Assembly (NCBI RefSeq): GCF_006345805.1
Contig: NC_043016.1
Coordinates: 23,374,001-23,438,000, forward strand
Length of the DNA stretch: 64,000 bases
Source of the DNA: Octopus sinensis
Lineage: Eukaryota
Reading direction: 5' to 3'
This document shows positions 1 through 12,400 of the stretch, one piece after another (the first letter of the stretch is position 1; each line of letters opens with the position of its first letter). The position numbers and the translations under genes are program-made. A model generated the notes under the pieces. The model saw only the letters and a list, made by a program, of their open reading frames with translations. It was not told where the DNA came from and made no database searches.

Positions 1-1757
1 AGGAGTTGGGGAATATACAAGCATAGTTCATGAAGAAGAGATGTAGTTTGCTTCATTGAGGTAGGGTGTGTGAATTAATGCTACAAGTGGGTGGAATACA
101 CAGTGCTTTAAGAATTCAGTCTTCTCAAGAATTTCCAGCCATCCTAATCCATGGTCATCTCCTCCATGAGGCTCAACATCTTGAGATCAGCTCTTACTAC
201 TTCATTCCATGTGTTTCTGGATCTCCCTCTTCCACATGTACCATCCACTATAAGCAATCAAACTTCTTAATACAGCTGTCTTCATTCATATGCATCACAT
301 GTCCAAACCATCATAGTTTTCTTTCTCTTGCATGCTGCATCTGATTCCTCTTATGCCCCACTTTTCTCTCAGCGCATTTGCACTTTGTTTCACATGCACA
401 CTAATGTTGCATATCCATCACAGCATACGAGCTTCATTCCTCTCCATTCTTTGCATGTCCTCTGCATTCAGAGCCCAAGTCTCACTACCATAGAGCATGG
501 CCATTCATACACAAGCATCATACAATCAGCCTTTTGAGAGAAGCCTTTTGTAGTCATCAGAGGAAATAGTACTCTGAATATTCTCTATCCTATTCTAGCA
601 ACAGTACTAGCAGAACATCCTCTTCCACTGCTACAACCTCAAGGGAACCTCCAAGAATCTAATTCTTGTGCATCCCTTGTGCTTATTATTCCTACATATC
701 AGCCACACAGAAAGATGACTTTCTCTCTTAACCTATCTGCAATTTTACTGCATCTCCAATGTGTCCATAGCTTGCACTGGGTGCAGCAAACGGAATTTCT
801 TCCAACACCTTTCCTACATATTGAGCAAAGTCATTTACTTGATGGAAAAAGTCTTACTACTTTCTTGCTAACAACAACTTTGGTCTTCACTAGATTAACT
901 TTCAGGTTTTGCTTCCATACCTGGAATTCCTCTACAAATTCTGCTATATGAGCAAGATCATCAGCATATAGTAGTTACCTATTTTAAATTCCTATGTTAC
1001 AACCAGGAGGACTATGATGAATAAGAGACTAAAAAATGAGTCTGGGTGAACTCCTATTTGTATGCTAAATTTGTCACTATACTCTCACCCTACTGACAGC
1101 ACCTCTATACATAGATTGTACAGTACTAACAAACCACTCATCTACTTCTAACTTCCTTAGAGACCACCAGGTAACAGAGTGAGGGACTCTGTCAAAAGCT
1201 TTCTCCAGGTATGATGGTTTACTTTTGGCTAGATAGTTTTCCTGCAGCTGTTTCACTGAGAAGATGGCATCTGTAGTGTTCTTCCCTAGCACAAAGCCAA
1301 ATTGCATTTCATCTAGTTTAATTCTATTCCTAATCAACTCTCTCAATAACTTTCATGACCTGTCCAACAGTTTGATACTTCTATAACTGTTTCTATCAAA
1401 GGCATCACCTTTACCCTTGTAGCAGCTATTATACCAATCATTATGGATAACCTGATTAACTATACTAGCGACTTAGCTGTATCCTACTCCACTAGATGTC
1501 TTAAGTGATTCAGCAGTAATTCCTGATGATCCAGGAACTTTCCTTATCTTCAGATCCTTAATTGCTTTATCTATCATACATCTGTCAACTGTGATGGCTG
1601 GTCTCACAGTTGGATCCATATTAGGAAGACTCTCCTTCTCCCATTCATACTCCACATTTAGCAATCTTTCACAGTGGCACTTCCATTCATCCATCAAGAA
1701 ATGCAAGTTATTATACTTGAAATTTATCACTGAGGCCACAAAGTACAACCTTTTCAA
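1..1757 (-). mobile_element. Decayed RTE-clade non-LTR retrotransposon (linker, RT and C-terminal region)
   Basis: Minus-strand ORF pieces read WKCHCERLLNVEYEWEKESLPNMDPTVRPAITVDRCMIDKAIKDLK..PGSSGITAE and MQFGFVLGKNTTDAIF..KQLQENYLAKSKP..LEKAFDRVPH, which are RTE RT motifs; many frameshifts and stops. Confidence 0.9.
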
Positions 1758-3148
1758 TTAATTTGCATGTAAACAAACTATGGATAATTGGTTGATAATT
1801 AGTCAAAGTGTCAGGGCAAAGCCTCGTCTTTTTGTAATAATAACAATACTGATGGCATCTTCCAACCAATCGCCGAAACCAATTTTAAAATTATAATTAT
1901 CACTATCAATAAGAAGCTTCTTTTTACTTTTTACTGCTTCCTAATGTAAACTACATAATAAATTTTATTGATTTCTGTCAAACTTAAACCAACATGGAAA
2001 AATGAATGTTAAACATTAAATGAATGTTAAACTAATGCTGAAAAATAATTGATTTATAATATAAAAATTAATATATAAAAAAGAATGTCAAACATTTCAT
2101 GCTAAATATAATCATGGCTTTGAATAATTTTGTGACACAGTTCTGTAAATATGCTGTTACAGCAACACTGTAATTCACAGTAATTACAGCAAGTGGTGTT
2201 TGAATTTATGATTAAAGATGGCTTCTTCTATTTTATTAATATTTTTTTTTTTCTTGAGAAAAACAAAAGAGACAATATTTAATATCCGATCATCAATAGA
2301 GCTGGATTGATTTATACATGGAATTCTAGTGGAAATATATCAATGATTCATTGGTTTTCAAGAATGTAATGTAACCAAGATTACTTAGAAAGCAACAATT
2401 CTATTTAGTAGATAAATACCATTCTCTCCTCTGAGATGGAGTAATTGATTTGATAAGTGTGTCAAATATCAATTGGCAAACTCTCGTCCAATCAATCACA
2501 TATTCTATCAATGAAGACATGAGCCGATTCCAATTAAAACACCATTAAAGTAGGACATAAACGAGGTGAAGTCAAAGATTGTATATATTTAAATGTTGTT
2601 CAATCAAGGTGAAGTTGATATATGTCAGGTGTATCTGATATCAACAGTGGTTAGGTTAATAAATTGAAAGAATATGGAAGTCTGGATGGTTTGTTCATCA
2701 TCCCTGTAGTAATATGTGGGGTTAATAGTGGTTGATAGAATATTATTAATGAAGAAGGGACAAAGAGTACTGAAGATAAACAGATGATCGGTGTATGTCA
2801 GAATTGACAGAGCAAAGCATTATTAGAGCACTATTGATGTTGAGTAGCATAAAATACAGTTTGTGTATGGAAGAATTAGAATTAGATAAGCACTCTAAGT
2901 ATAGTGTATTAGATGGTTGAGAGTGGTGATGTTTCTCAAGTGCAATATTTTCTTTATATTCATTCAATCAGCAAAATATTACTGATAAGAATACAGCACA
3001 AGTAAATTCAAAGATCTATAATGACAATAATCTAGCAAACCCCAATAAATATGACTGCTATGTATGTTACTGACACTGACCGGTTAAAAGACAGTGAGTT
3101 TGAACTCAGTGTTTCAAGGATCAGATTAACCAAATAAAAAATGATATC

Positions 3149-3340
3149 TTAACCCTTTAGCATTTAAACCAGCCATATCAGGCCCAAATATTCTGCCTGT
3201 TTTATGCTCAAACTAACCAGATCTGGACTTTCACACCTACCCTGCAATGTCATTCTAGAAATATACATTCAGATCATCGAAATCTTGAAGCTATAAGATA
3301 AAGCAGGATTAATTCAAAACAATGTGAATAAATAAATAAA
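3149..3340 (+). mobile_element. Left end of a piggyBac-like non-autonomous element, truncated by the adjacent LINE
   Basis: Begins TTAA|CCCTTTAGCATT, the TTAA target plus CCC-type terminus of piggyBac-like MITEs; the matching right end is not visible. Confidence 0.45.
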
Positions 3341-3344
3341 TAAA

Positions 3345-4495
3345 TATGGTTGTGTAATGTCAGTGTTCATATCCGACACAGTGTAAGTGCCTTGAGAGAA
3401 AAGCTGGACCTAAGAAGCATCGGATGTGGTGTGCAAGAGAGACGTCTACGCTGGTATGGACACGTAAGAATGGATGAAGATAGTTATGTGAAAAAGTGCC
3501 ACACACTAGCGGTTGAGGGAACCTGTGGAAGAGGTAGACCCAGGAAAACCTGGGACGAGGTGGTGAAGCATGACCTTCGTTCTTTAGGTCTCACCGAGGA
3601 AATGACCAGAGACTGAGACCTTTGGAAGTATGCTGTGCATGAGTAGACCCGGCAGGACAAGTGAGGCCATAACCCGTGGCCTCTACCTGGGACGTAGTCA
3701 GTCCACCTGTGCATACCTTCCTTCTTGGGACACATAACTCTACTTGTGAAGACCACCTGTTGAGGCAAGTGAAAATCAAAATTGAAATCGATCAGCATCA
3801 ATGGAATTTGTAATTGTGATACCAGTGCCAGTGGCACGTAAGAGAACCTATTTCTTAATTACCCACAAGGGGCTAAACACAGAGAGGACAAACAAGGACA
3901 GACATAGGTATTAAGTTGATTACATCGACCCCAGTGCGTAACTGGTACTTAATTTATCGACCCCGAAAGGATGAAAGGCAAAGTCGACCTCGGCGGAATT
4001 TGAACTCACAACGTAACGGCAGACGAAATACCGCTAAGCATTTCGCCCGGCGTGCTAACGTTTCTGTAAGAGAACCATCCGAATGTGGCCGTAGCCAGCG
4101 CCGAGTGCCGGTGGCATGTAAGAGAACCATCTGAACGTGGCCGTAGCCAGTGCCACATCGACTGGCCTCCGTGCCGGTGGCACGTAACAAACACCATCCG
4201 ATCATGGCCATTGCCAGCCTCGCCTGGCCTCCGTACCAGTGGCACATAAAAAGCACCATCTGAGGGTGGCCATTTGCTAGCCTCGTCTGGCACCTGTGTC
4301 GGTGGCAAGTAAAAAGCACCCACTACACTCATGGAGTGGTTGGCGTTAGGAAGGGCATCCAGCTGTAGAAACACTACCAGATCTGACTGGCCTGGTGCAG
4401 CCTTCGGGCTTCCCAGACCCCAGTTGAACCGTCCAACCCATGCTAGCATGGAAAGCGGACGTTAAACGATGATGATGATGATAATGATGATGATA
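3345..4495 (+). mobile_element. RTE LINE 3' end (ORF C-terminus, 3'UTR with ~40-bp internal repeats, (GAT)n tail)
   Basis: ORF 3350-3616 reads RRLRWYGHVRMDEDS.VKKC..L.VEG..GRGRPRKTWDEVVKHDL; ends aaacgatgatgatgat; close to the uninterrupted copy at 47400-48290. Confidence 0.9.
3849..4066 (-). mobile_element. tRNA-derived SINE (family B, Deu/Nin-like central motif) nested in the RTE 3'UTR
   Basis: Flanked by the direct repeat gtaagagaacc (3838-3848 and 4066-4076); minus strand carries B-box-like GAGTTCAAATTCC and GCCTTTCATCCTTTCGGGGTCGATAAATTAAGTACCAG. Confidence 0.9.
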
Positions 4496-5196
4496 GACAG
4501 AGTGAACTGAATGCTAACGGTTTAAAATGGCTAGTATAGAATCATTGTGGCAACTCCAACAATTAGGGTGACAATAATAATTTACATTGAGGGTGTCAGT
4601 ACTGTAAAAAGCACTGGTGATGGTTCCAAGTAAATAGCAACCAGTAACTCTGTAAAGTGGTTGGCATTAGTAATGATGATGATGATGACTGATGATAATC
4701 CCAGAATACAACTGATATATATTTTATTAACCTGGAAGATTAAACGTCAAAACCCACCTTAAAAGAATTCTATTTACGAAAGTAAATATTGTAAAGTTTT
4801 CTTTTTAACTTGGATCCACAATTCCTTGATAGAGTTATAAGGAGCACTGCCTGTGGTGTATCTTGGGCGTTTTTACATTGGGGAGCCCATTCCTCTCCTT
4901 CCCTGACTACAAATGATTTCTTCCAGAAAGTAAGAGAGAGAGCAAGATGGACAGAAGAAAAAGAGTGACGAAAAGAGAAGATCTGACATCAATGCAGGAC
5001 TGGATTTTTTCTATCAACTTCAAGAAAAAAGAAAAAAATGAAATTGAAATCAGTTAAATTTGAACTTTGAACACAGATGCAGAATGATTATCACAAAAGT
5101 AATCTGATTTTTTTTTGACAACTCCATCAGTTGTCCACCTGAAGAATCTACTTTCTGGGAAATGAGACACAGAGTTGAGGACTTTTATGATTCCAC

Positions 5197-5204
5197 TTAG
5201 ATAC
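5197..5204 (-). CDS. Candidate terminal coding exon (G-I-stop)
   Basis: Strong acceptor attttgctttttacag| at 5205; G+GT ATC TAA. An alternative acceptor exists at 5362. Confidence 0.45.
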
Positions 5205-5951
5205 CTGTAAAAAGCAAAATGTTGAAAAACATGGTTTGTGTATAAACTAACCTTATGTATGAATCTGACAGTTCAATTAACATCTTGATCTATAGACTTC
5301 TGTATGACATTTCAATAGCACAGATTAATGGGTAAAGTTGTCAAAAGCTGAGAGAATGAACCTGTTTAAAGCAAAGTTGACAACAAAACTCTAAAACTTA
5401 CTGCATTCTGTTTTTGTTATTGTTTACAATAACATACTCACCATTGTATATAAACGTTTGTGCTGCTTTCCCGTAGTCCCACTGAGACCATTCCAAACAC
5501 CTGTTGGATAAAATCTTAGATTAATTCACAATAAAAAAAAAATAAAACAAATTCAACAAGAAAAAGCGATTTAGCATTGTCACCAAGTCATTGATGTACA
5601 AGGAATCATACATGCATAACTGACCAACAGATACAGTGAAATATCAGTGATCAGACCATAGATATACACCACGGCAACTGAATTCTCACATGTACAATGA
5701 ATTAGAGTATTAGAGACCAAGTTTTAGATGTACATTAAATGAATTTGCTGTTTAATGATATATCTAATATTACAAAATAATAATACAGAACTTGATATAA
5801 TTGTACAAATAAATATTTTAGTGGTTCAATGACACTACCAAAAGAGAATTTATATTTCAATGAAGTATTATTCTTCTAATTCTGTTCATTAACAAATTAA
5901 ATATACCACATTGTTTCTATAGTAATTTTTTTTTCACTTGTCAGCCTAATG

Positions 5952-5986
<35 letters not shown>

Positions 5987-6434
5987 GTCTTAGTCTTTCC
6001 AAGTCTGTCTAGACTAGAAGATAGCTATTACTAAGTGAGGTCATTGTGTTTAATGCTAAGTTTAATACCTGAGGGTAAAAGATGAGATTGAAAAATGTCA
6101 TAGAGAAAAAAAGAATAAAAGACAGGAAATCGAAAACTCAGAGACAAAATACTTGTCTCAATTAAAATTTTTAAAAATTTCTTTTATATTTTTTTACTGG
6201 TTTCAATAAATATATTGAGGTACTGCCTTCAAACATTTAGCTAGTCATATTAACTCAAGTACTATTTCAGTCTCGTACTTATTTCATTGATCTCTTTGTT
6301 GAACAGCTAAGTTATTGGACATCAGAAAAACAATAAACACTGTAGAAATACATTAATAACACAGACAGTCACACCGGCACATGCAAATATATTGTACATA
6401 TGCATGTGTGTGTGTGTGCATGCGTGTGTGTGTG

Positions 6435-6473
<39 letters not shown>

Positions 6474-9400
6474 TGTGTGTGTTGTGTGTGTGTGGTGTGT
6501 GTGTGTGTGTGTGTGTGCATGTGCATGTGTAGGACATCTGAATAATTTCCATTTATTGAATTCTAAAATCTCCACTTAACAATATAGTGCTCACCAAGAT
6601 TACAGCAGAAAACACTGTTCAGTAAAACAGATTGATCCCAGGGTTTTTTTTTTTTTATCCTGGTACTTACTCTATAGGTCACTTTTGCCAAACCACTAAG
6701 TTACTGAGGTGTAAACAAACCAACACTGCTTGCCAACTGGAGGTGGAGGACAAACACACATATATACGGCAAGCTTCTTTCAGTTTCCATCTACCAAATC
6801 CACTCATAAGGCTTTGGTTGCCCTAAGGCTATAGTAAAAGACACTTGCCCAAGGTGCCATGCAGTGGGACTGAACCCAGAACCATGTTGCTGAGAAGCAA
6901 ACTTCATAGCACACAACTACGACAGTGCATGTGTGTATGCGTGTGTGTGACGTGTATAGTGGGAGTGTACATATAAGTGTGGTACAGGTAAGTACTGAAT
7001 TAGTGTTCAGACTGATCAGATTCTTCTATCTTAACTACTTAAACAGGCTAAAATGTCTATTTAGTCCATCAGAACAAGAGTAATTCTTTTATATGAGATG
7101 TGTACAGCTGTTTCAATCAATCAGTGACTAGTCAATTATAATGCATACTATGCAAACAAGAATATATAGTGGAGCAATAATTATACATAACAAATAAGCA
7201 AAAAGAAATTAACAACTTACATAAAGAATGATACTTAAATATCTTCAAGCTGCAACTGTCACATGTTCTTGTTAGAAGGAACAATAGTTCCACCAAGAAA
7301 TTATTCATGCATCATGCAAGTTGGCAAAAATGTTTACACTTATTTTGCTGAGTATAATTACCAGCTTTTTATAGGTATATATGCCTGTTTGCATAATAAC
7401 ATCAACCAGTCACCAAATCTTTGAAACAGATGTATGAGTCTATCTTCATCTTATAATGTCCCATAAGTATATGTAACATTGTATATAAATAAATTACTAA
7501 TTTCTTGTCCATTTTCGGTCTCATTACATATATATATATATATATATATACATACACTGTGTCCCACGCTATTAGGCAAATCAACCTTCTCTCAATAAAT
7601 AAATGTATATTCATTCAAAGCCAGTTGTTTTCTCACACCTATCTGCACACATTCTGTTAAAATAAATCAGATCTGTGTAAATGCCAACAAATGGCAGCCA
7701 TTTTTGTGATTGGGCAACATTTTCACCATCACCAATTGTTAGGCAAGTATAATAAAAATAATTGTGTTAAGATGAACATTTAATTCAACAGTAAAAGTTT
7801 AACAAGAAAACTACTCATAAAGGACTTCATAGTAAACATAATAATACGTTCGAATGTAAATAATCATGAGGTTATGATGTCATACAGCTCCTAATGTTTG
7901 ATGTATGATCCTCCACATGTAATAACCTTCCTTATGCACCGATCCACTGGATTTGTCAAGGTGATATCCTCTTATGTCATGCTTTGAACAGCATCTACAC
8001 TAATGTCCCAGAAGGCAACTTTACTTGAAAACTGCCTTCCATCTTGATAAACACGCCTCTTCAGGACACTCCACAGGCTTTTGACCAGGTTTAAGTTAAG
8101 GGAACAAGGTGGCCACTCCATCAAATGACCTCCAGAGAAGCCTATTTCCTTAGAATTCTTCGCTGCATGAGATAGGGCATTATCTTACATGTAGGCCAGT
8201 TTTATCTTGAATGAAAGTTTTTGTTTTTTCAACCATGGTTGGAAATTATCCTTTAAGAAGATAACATATGTTTTTGATGTCATCTTAATGCCATTGGAAC
8301 TTTCCACGGCTTGACCATCATACCACCAACGATGCCAGCCCAAAATATGACCTCACCTCCCCATTGTTGGCATCTCAAACAATGAGGGCAGTCCCTGCTG
8401 ATTGATACCCAACCTTTACTCAAGCCATATGTAGCCCATCAAAGGTAGCACAGCATTCATCAGTGAACCAAACTGTTGAAAAAATTAATCTTCATGTATT
8501 CTTCTGCCCACTGCAGTCTCTTCTGATTAGGAACAGCCTTCATAGGGGACCTTGTACCAGGTTCAATATTCCTGGCTACTTGCTTCAAGAGGCAACACTT
8601 GGTAATTTTCGATACATCTTCCTTGCCACAACAACTGAAGACTTCTCTACTTGTCAGATACATGACAAAGTATGATTCAAAGCAACCCTCGATTTACCCT
8701 AATCTGCCCTTGACCAGACAGAATTAGGGGACTTCACAAATTTCTTCACTCTTCGGTGATCTTTTCCCAGTATTTTTGATATTTCTATGGTTGATTTCCC
8801 TTTTCCAAGCTCTGATACAATGGTAGACTTCTCATTCAAGGTAAGATCACATTTCTGACCCTTAATGATACTTAAATTGGGCACCTGCCTAATTATTTGA
8901 GATAGCAGAAATGTTGCTGCTATACGAGAATGGCCAGTTTGTTTTCATCTGTGCAGATCCGATTTATTTTAACAGAATGTACACAGATAGGTGTTGCCAA
9001 CAGTCAGAAGGAAAACAACTGGTTTTGAATGAATATACATTTATTGAGAGAAGGTTGATTTGCCTAATAAATTGGAAAACAGTGTACATGTACATGTATG
9101 TGTGTATATATGTGTGCACATATATATATACTTATATATACACATACATATATATGTACATATATGTATATTTATATCTAAATATGTACATACACATACA
9201 CACACACACACACATATATATATATAGGTATGTTGATGCAAGCAGGAAAAATAGAATTCATATGAATATATTCTTTTATTCTGCTATATGTTTCAGCCTT
9301 GAAGCTGTAGCCATGCTGGGGCACCACCACTGTATATTTTCATTAATATTTAGCAGAAGTAACAGAGTAACTCAAGGGCCAAGAATTTTGTGCAGTGCTT

Positions 9401-12400
9401 ACAATGTAGCAGTAAGCAACAGGAAACAATCTGTGGTCAGACATCATTACTCAGATGCAACCATTTTTATTTCACTTGCTTTGCTATAGAAGTATTCTAT
9501 TGGGTCCACTACTTTACAAATGACAGCATGCTATTTGTACCCCAGATACTTTCCAAAAATGTTATAACTGTACGACATAAATCAATTATCTCAACCATTA
9601 AAAGTTTTTGGGTTTTTCTGTCTTTTTTTTTCTTTTTGGTTAAATTATTCAAAATGTCAGTCAAACCAAGAATTTTTGACAATAAAAATTTAGTTATTAA
9701 AATGTCTATAATTTTTTTGCTTTTGCTGGTCTTAAATGTAAGTCACCAAAAAGGGTGATCTTATATCAATATCAGTTCATACTAAACTTTCCTAATACAT
9801 TATTTTATAAGTAGAGAAATACACCCCCAAGCCTTAGTTGCATCATGTCATCAGTTTAATGTTAACTTGTGAAATATCAATATATCTAACACCACTAATA
9901 ACATGATTGTTAAAATGGGGTAAAGTTTTCATTTAATGTTACAATAAATTTCAACTCTAATTAATTGATAAGTTAGATCAAAACAGTCTTACCATTTGCT
10001 AAACTCAAACGGGTAGTTTGTGAAAGTTGCAAACTGTTCGACCATCGTTCTGCGGAAAGCTGCCTCAAATTCAGGATCAGGGGGAAAAGCAGAAAATTTT
10101 CGTTGATATCTTTTGGTTTTTCGTCTCATAGAAGTTTCCTTAAGTGAAGAGTCTGACAAATGAGGAATTGGTTTTCTTGGAAATTTGCTAGTAAAGGATT
10201 CATATCCATTTGTGATAGGTGGAGGAAAATTCACAGCTTGATGGTGACTAATATTATTCATGTCTAAATATGGAATTGCTCTCTGGATAATTGGTCTTTT
10301 AAGTGCTGCTGCTGCTGCTGCAGTTGGTGGTGGTGGAGGTGGTTGTGGATATAAAAATCCTTGGCCATTATCAAAATACATATCTCCTCCATAATAATGG
10401 GAATCCTTCATGAAACCATAAGTTGGTACTGGTATGTTAGCCATGTCTATTGGTACATATGTTTTACCGGTTGGCATCATGCTGTCCATCTCAGGTAAAT
10501 AGAAGCTGTGATTAGATTCTTTAATAGTTATTTCGTCCGTTAACGACGCTGTGAAAGGCAGAGAAGGTACTAAACTGAAGTCAGCTGGTGCATTGTTGCA
10601 CATGTTTGGAGTTGCACAACTCACTGATTGTGTATGCGATTGTCTGTAATTGGAACTGCTGTGTGGACTGCCGGATTTTTTTTGAACATCAGTCAGAGAA
10701 GAAGGTGCAGTCTTTTCCGATTTTGATGGATATTCATTCAAAGATTTGTGCTTTGATGATTTTGTAGGGTGACATGGTACATCAAAGAACTGATTCTCTT
10801 TTGGCTTTGAAGAACTCTCAACAGGTATTATACACAAAGTATATGTCACATTTAAGATTGGAATTTCATTTAAAAAGTTTTTAAAAAATTGCATTGTTGA
10901 AGACTTCAGATAAAGCAGCTTGGCTGGAGAAGTATTTAAAAATAAGTCTGATTTTAGAAAATTAGTTTTATTTTTTATGCCAAACAAAAGTTCTTTCAAA
11001 CTGACAGAATTTCCCCACAAGTCTCCAAAATGATTTCCTTTAACTACTGACATTGTTTGTGAAGTTTCTTTGTTTGCAACATAATTATGCAATGGCTTTG
11101 GATCAAATAGTCTCAACTTAGAGGTTTTATCACAAATAGAAAAGTTACAGAAAATTTTAAAAAACTCTTTATATTTATCTGAAGAGGTAGGATAATTTGG
11201 GCCAGTTTTTCCTACATGTAGACATTTTTTAAATTGTTTTCTTATATGTAACCCATCACAATGAAAAACAGTTACATGATAATCGATAGTAAATACTCTA
11301 GAAATGTTATACGTTTTAATCAAAGAAAAAGTTAGGAATTTTATTTTAGTTTGTTCTACTGATGAGAAGTATTTACAGATTATACTCAACATTGATAATC
11401 TACTTATTTTATCATGGCCAATACACAGAGATGGGTTCAATTGTGTATCAGCACATAATTGTTCATTTCTTTCTAAATGTAAATTGAAAAATGGAAAATC
11501 TAACCACAGCTGAAATCTAATTAATCTGAAACCCATACCAAATCTTACACACCTCATTGCACATAAAAATTGAGTATTATATCTGCAGTTGGGTAAAGAA
11601 CAGTATAGGTCTCTTGAGGAATCATAATCAGTGATAGTATGTATTGTAATCAGAGAAGTGAATAAATTTAACAAACTCTGACTTAAAATTCTTAAATGAT
11701 TAGCAAATGATAAATATTTTTCATAACTTAAAGAATGTAAAATATCTGAAGGCAACATCTCATGTTTGTTGACTATGTCTGATTGATGAACACTTTTCAA
11801 AAGATACCTTGTGGCCATAATCATTAACATATTCGCATTAAATTTACAGAATTTCATGATTTTAATTCTCATATTTAAAAATACATGTTTTATCCCATAT
11901 ATCCCCCACTCTAAACTCTGTGTAAATTCTTCAACACAACTTTGTTCTTTTACTCCTGATTTAATGTATAATTTTGAATAAAAAAAGAATCCTTGTTGGA
12001 AATGTTTATAATTAACAAAAGTAGAATAAAAATTCTCAACAGAAGCCTTTGTGTTTAAAAGAATGTTTGTTGTAAGAAATGCATGTTTGAATGGATCAAA
12101 AGGAAATGCAACTGATGATTTCCATATAATCATCAGCACAGCTGCCTTTTCAAATAATTTAATTTGCAAATAAACATGTGAACAATCAAACAGATTCTTA
12201 CAAAGATAAATCTTACTGAATGATTTATAAGCTTTGATATGAAGACTATTTCTAAAACAGAACTTTCTGTGTTTAATAGCTACTGGTGACAACCTTAGTT
12301 TTATAGCTTTGAATATATTTGCTATCAGCAAATATATTTTGGCTTTGGCACCATCAGACACTGCCAAAACAGCAATAAAATCTATTAGTTTGGTTAACTT

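Noticed and set aside
1803-1940. 45-codon minus-strand open segment after a TAG acceptor (EAVKSKKKLLIDSD...)
   Set aside because: Open only in phase 0, incompatible with the phase-1 end of the TAP-C exon; no recognisable motif.
7221-7249. Possible 29-nt minus-strand micro-exon (gttgcag|...|gtaagt) in the NXF-like intron
   Set aside because: Weak pyrimidine tract; inclusion would break the ungapped TAP-C alignment and shift the phase of the 59-nt exon.
8911-9489. 192-aa plus-strand ORF
   Set aside because: Runs through the Tc1 TIR and a TA/CA microsatellite; no protein-like features.
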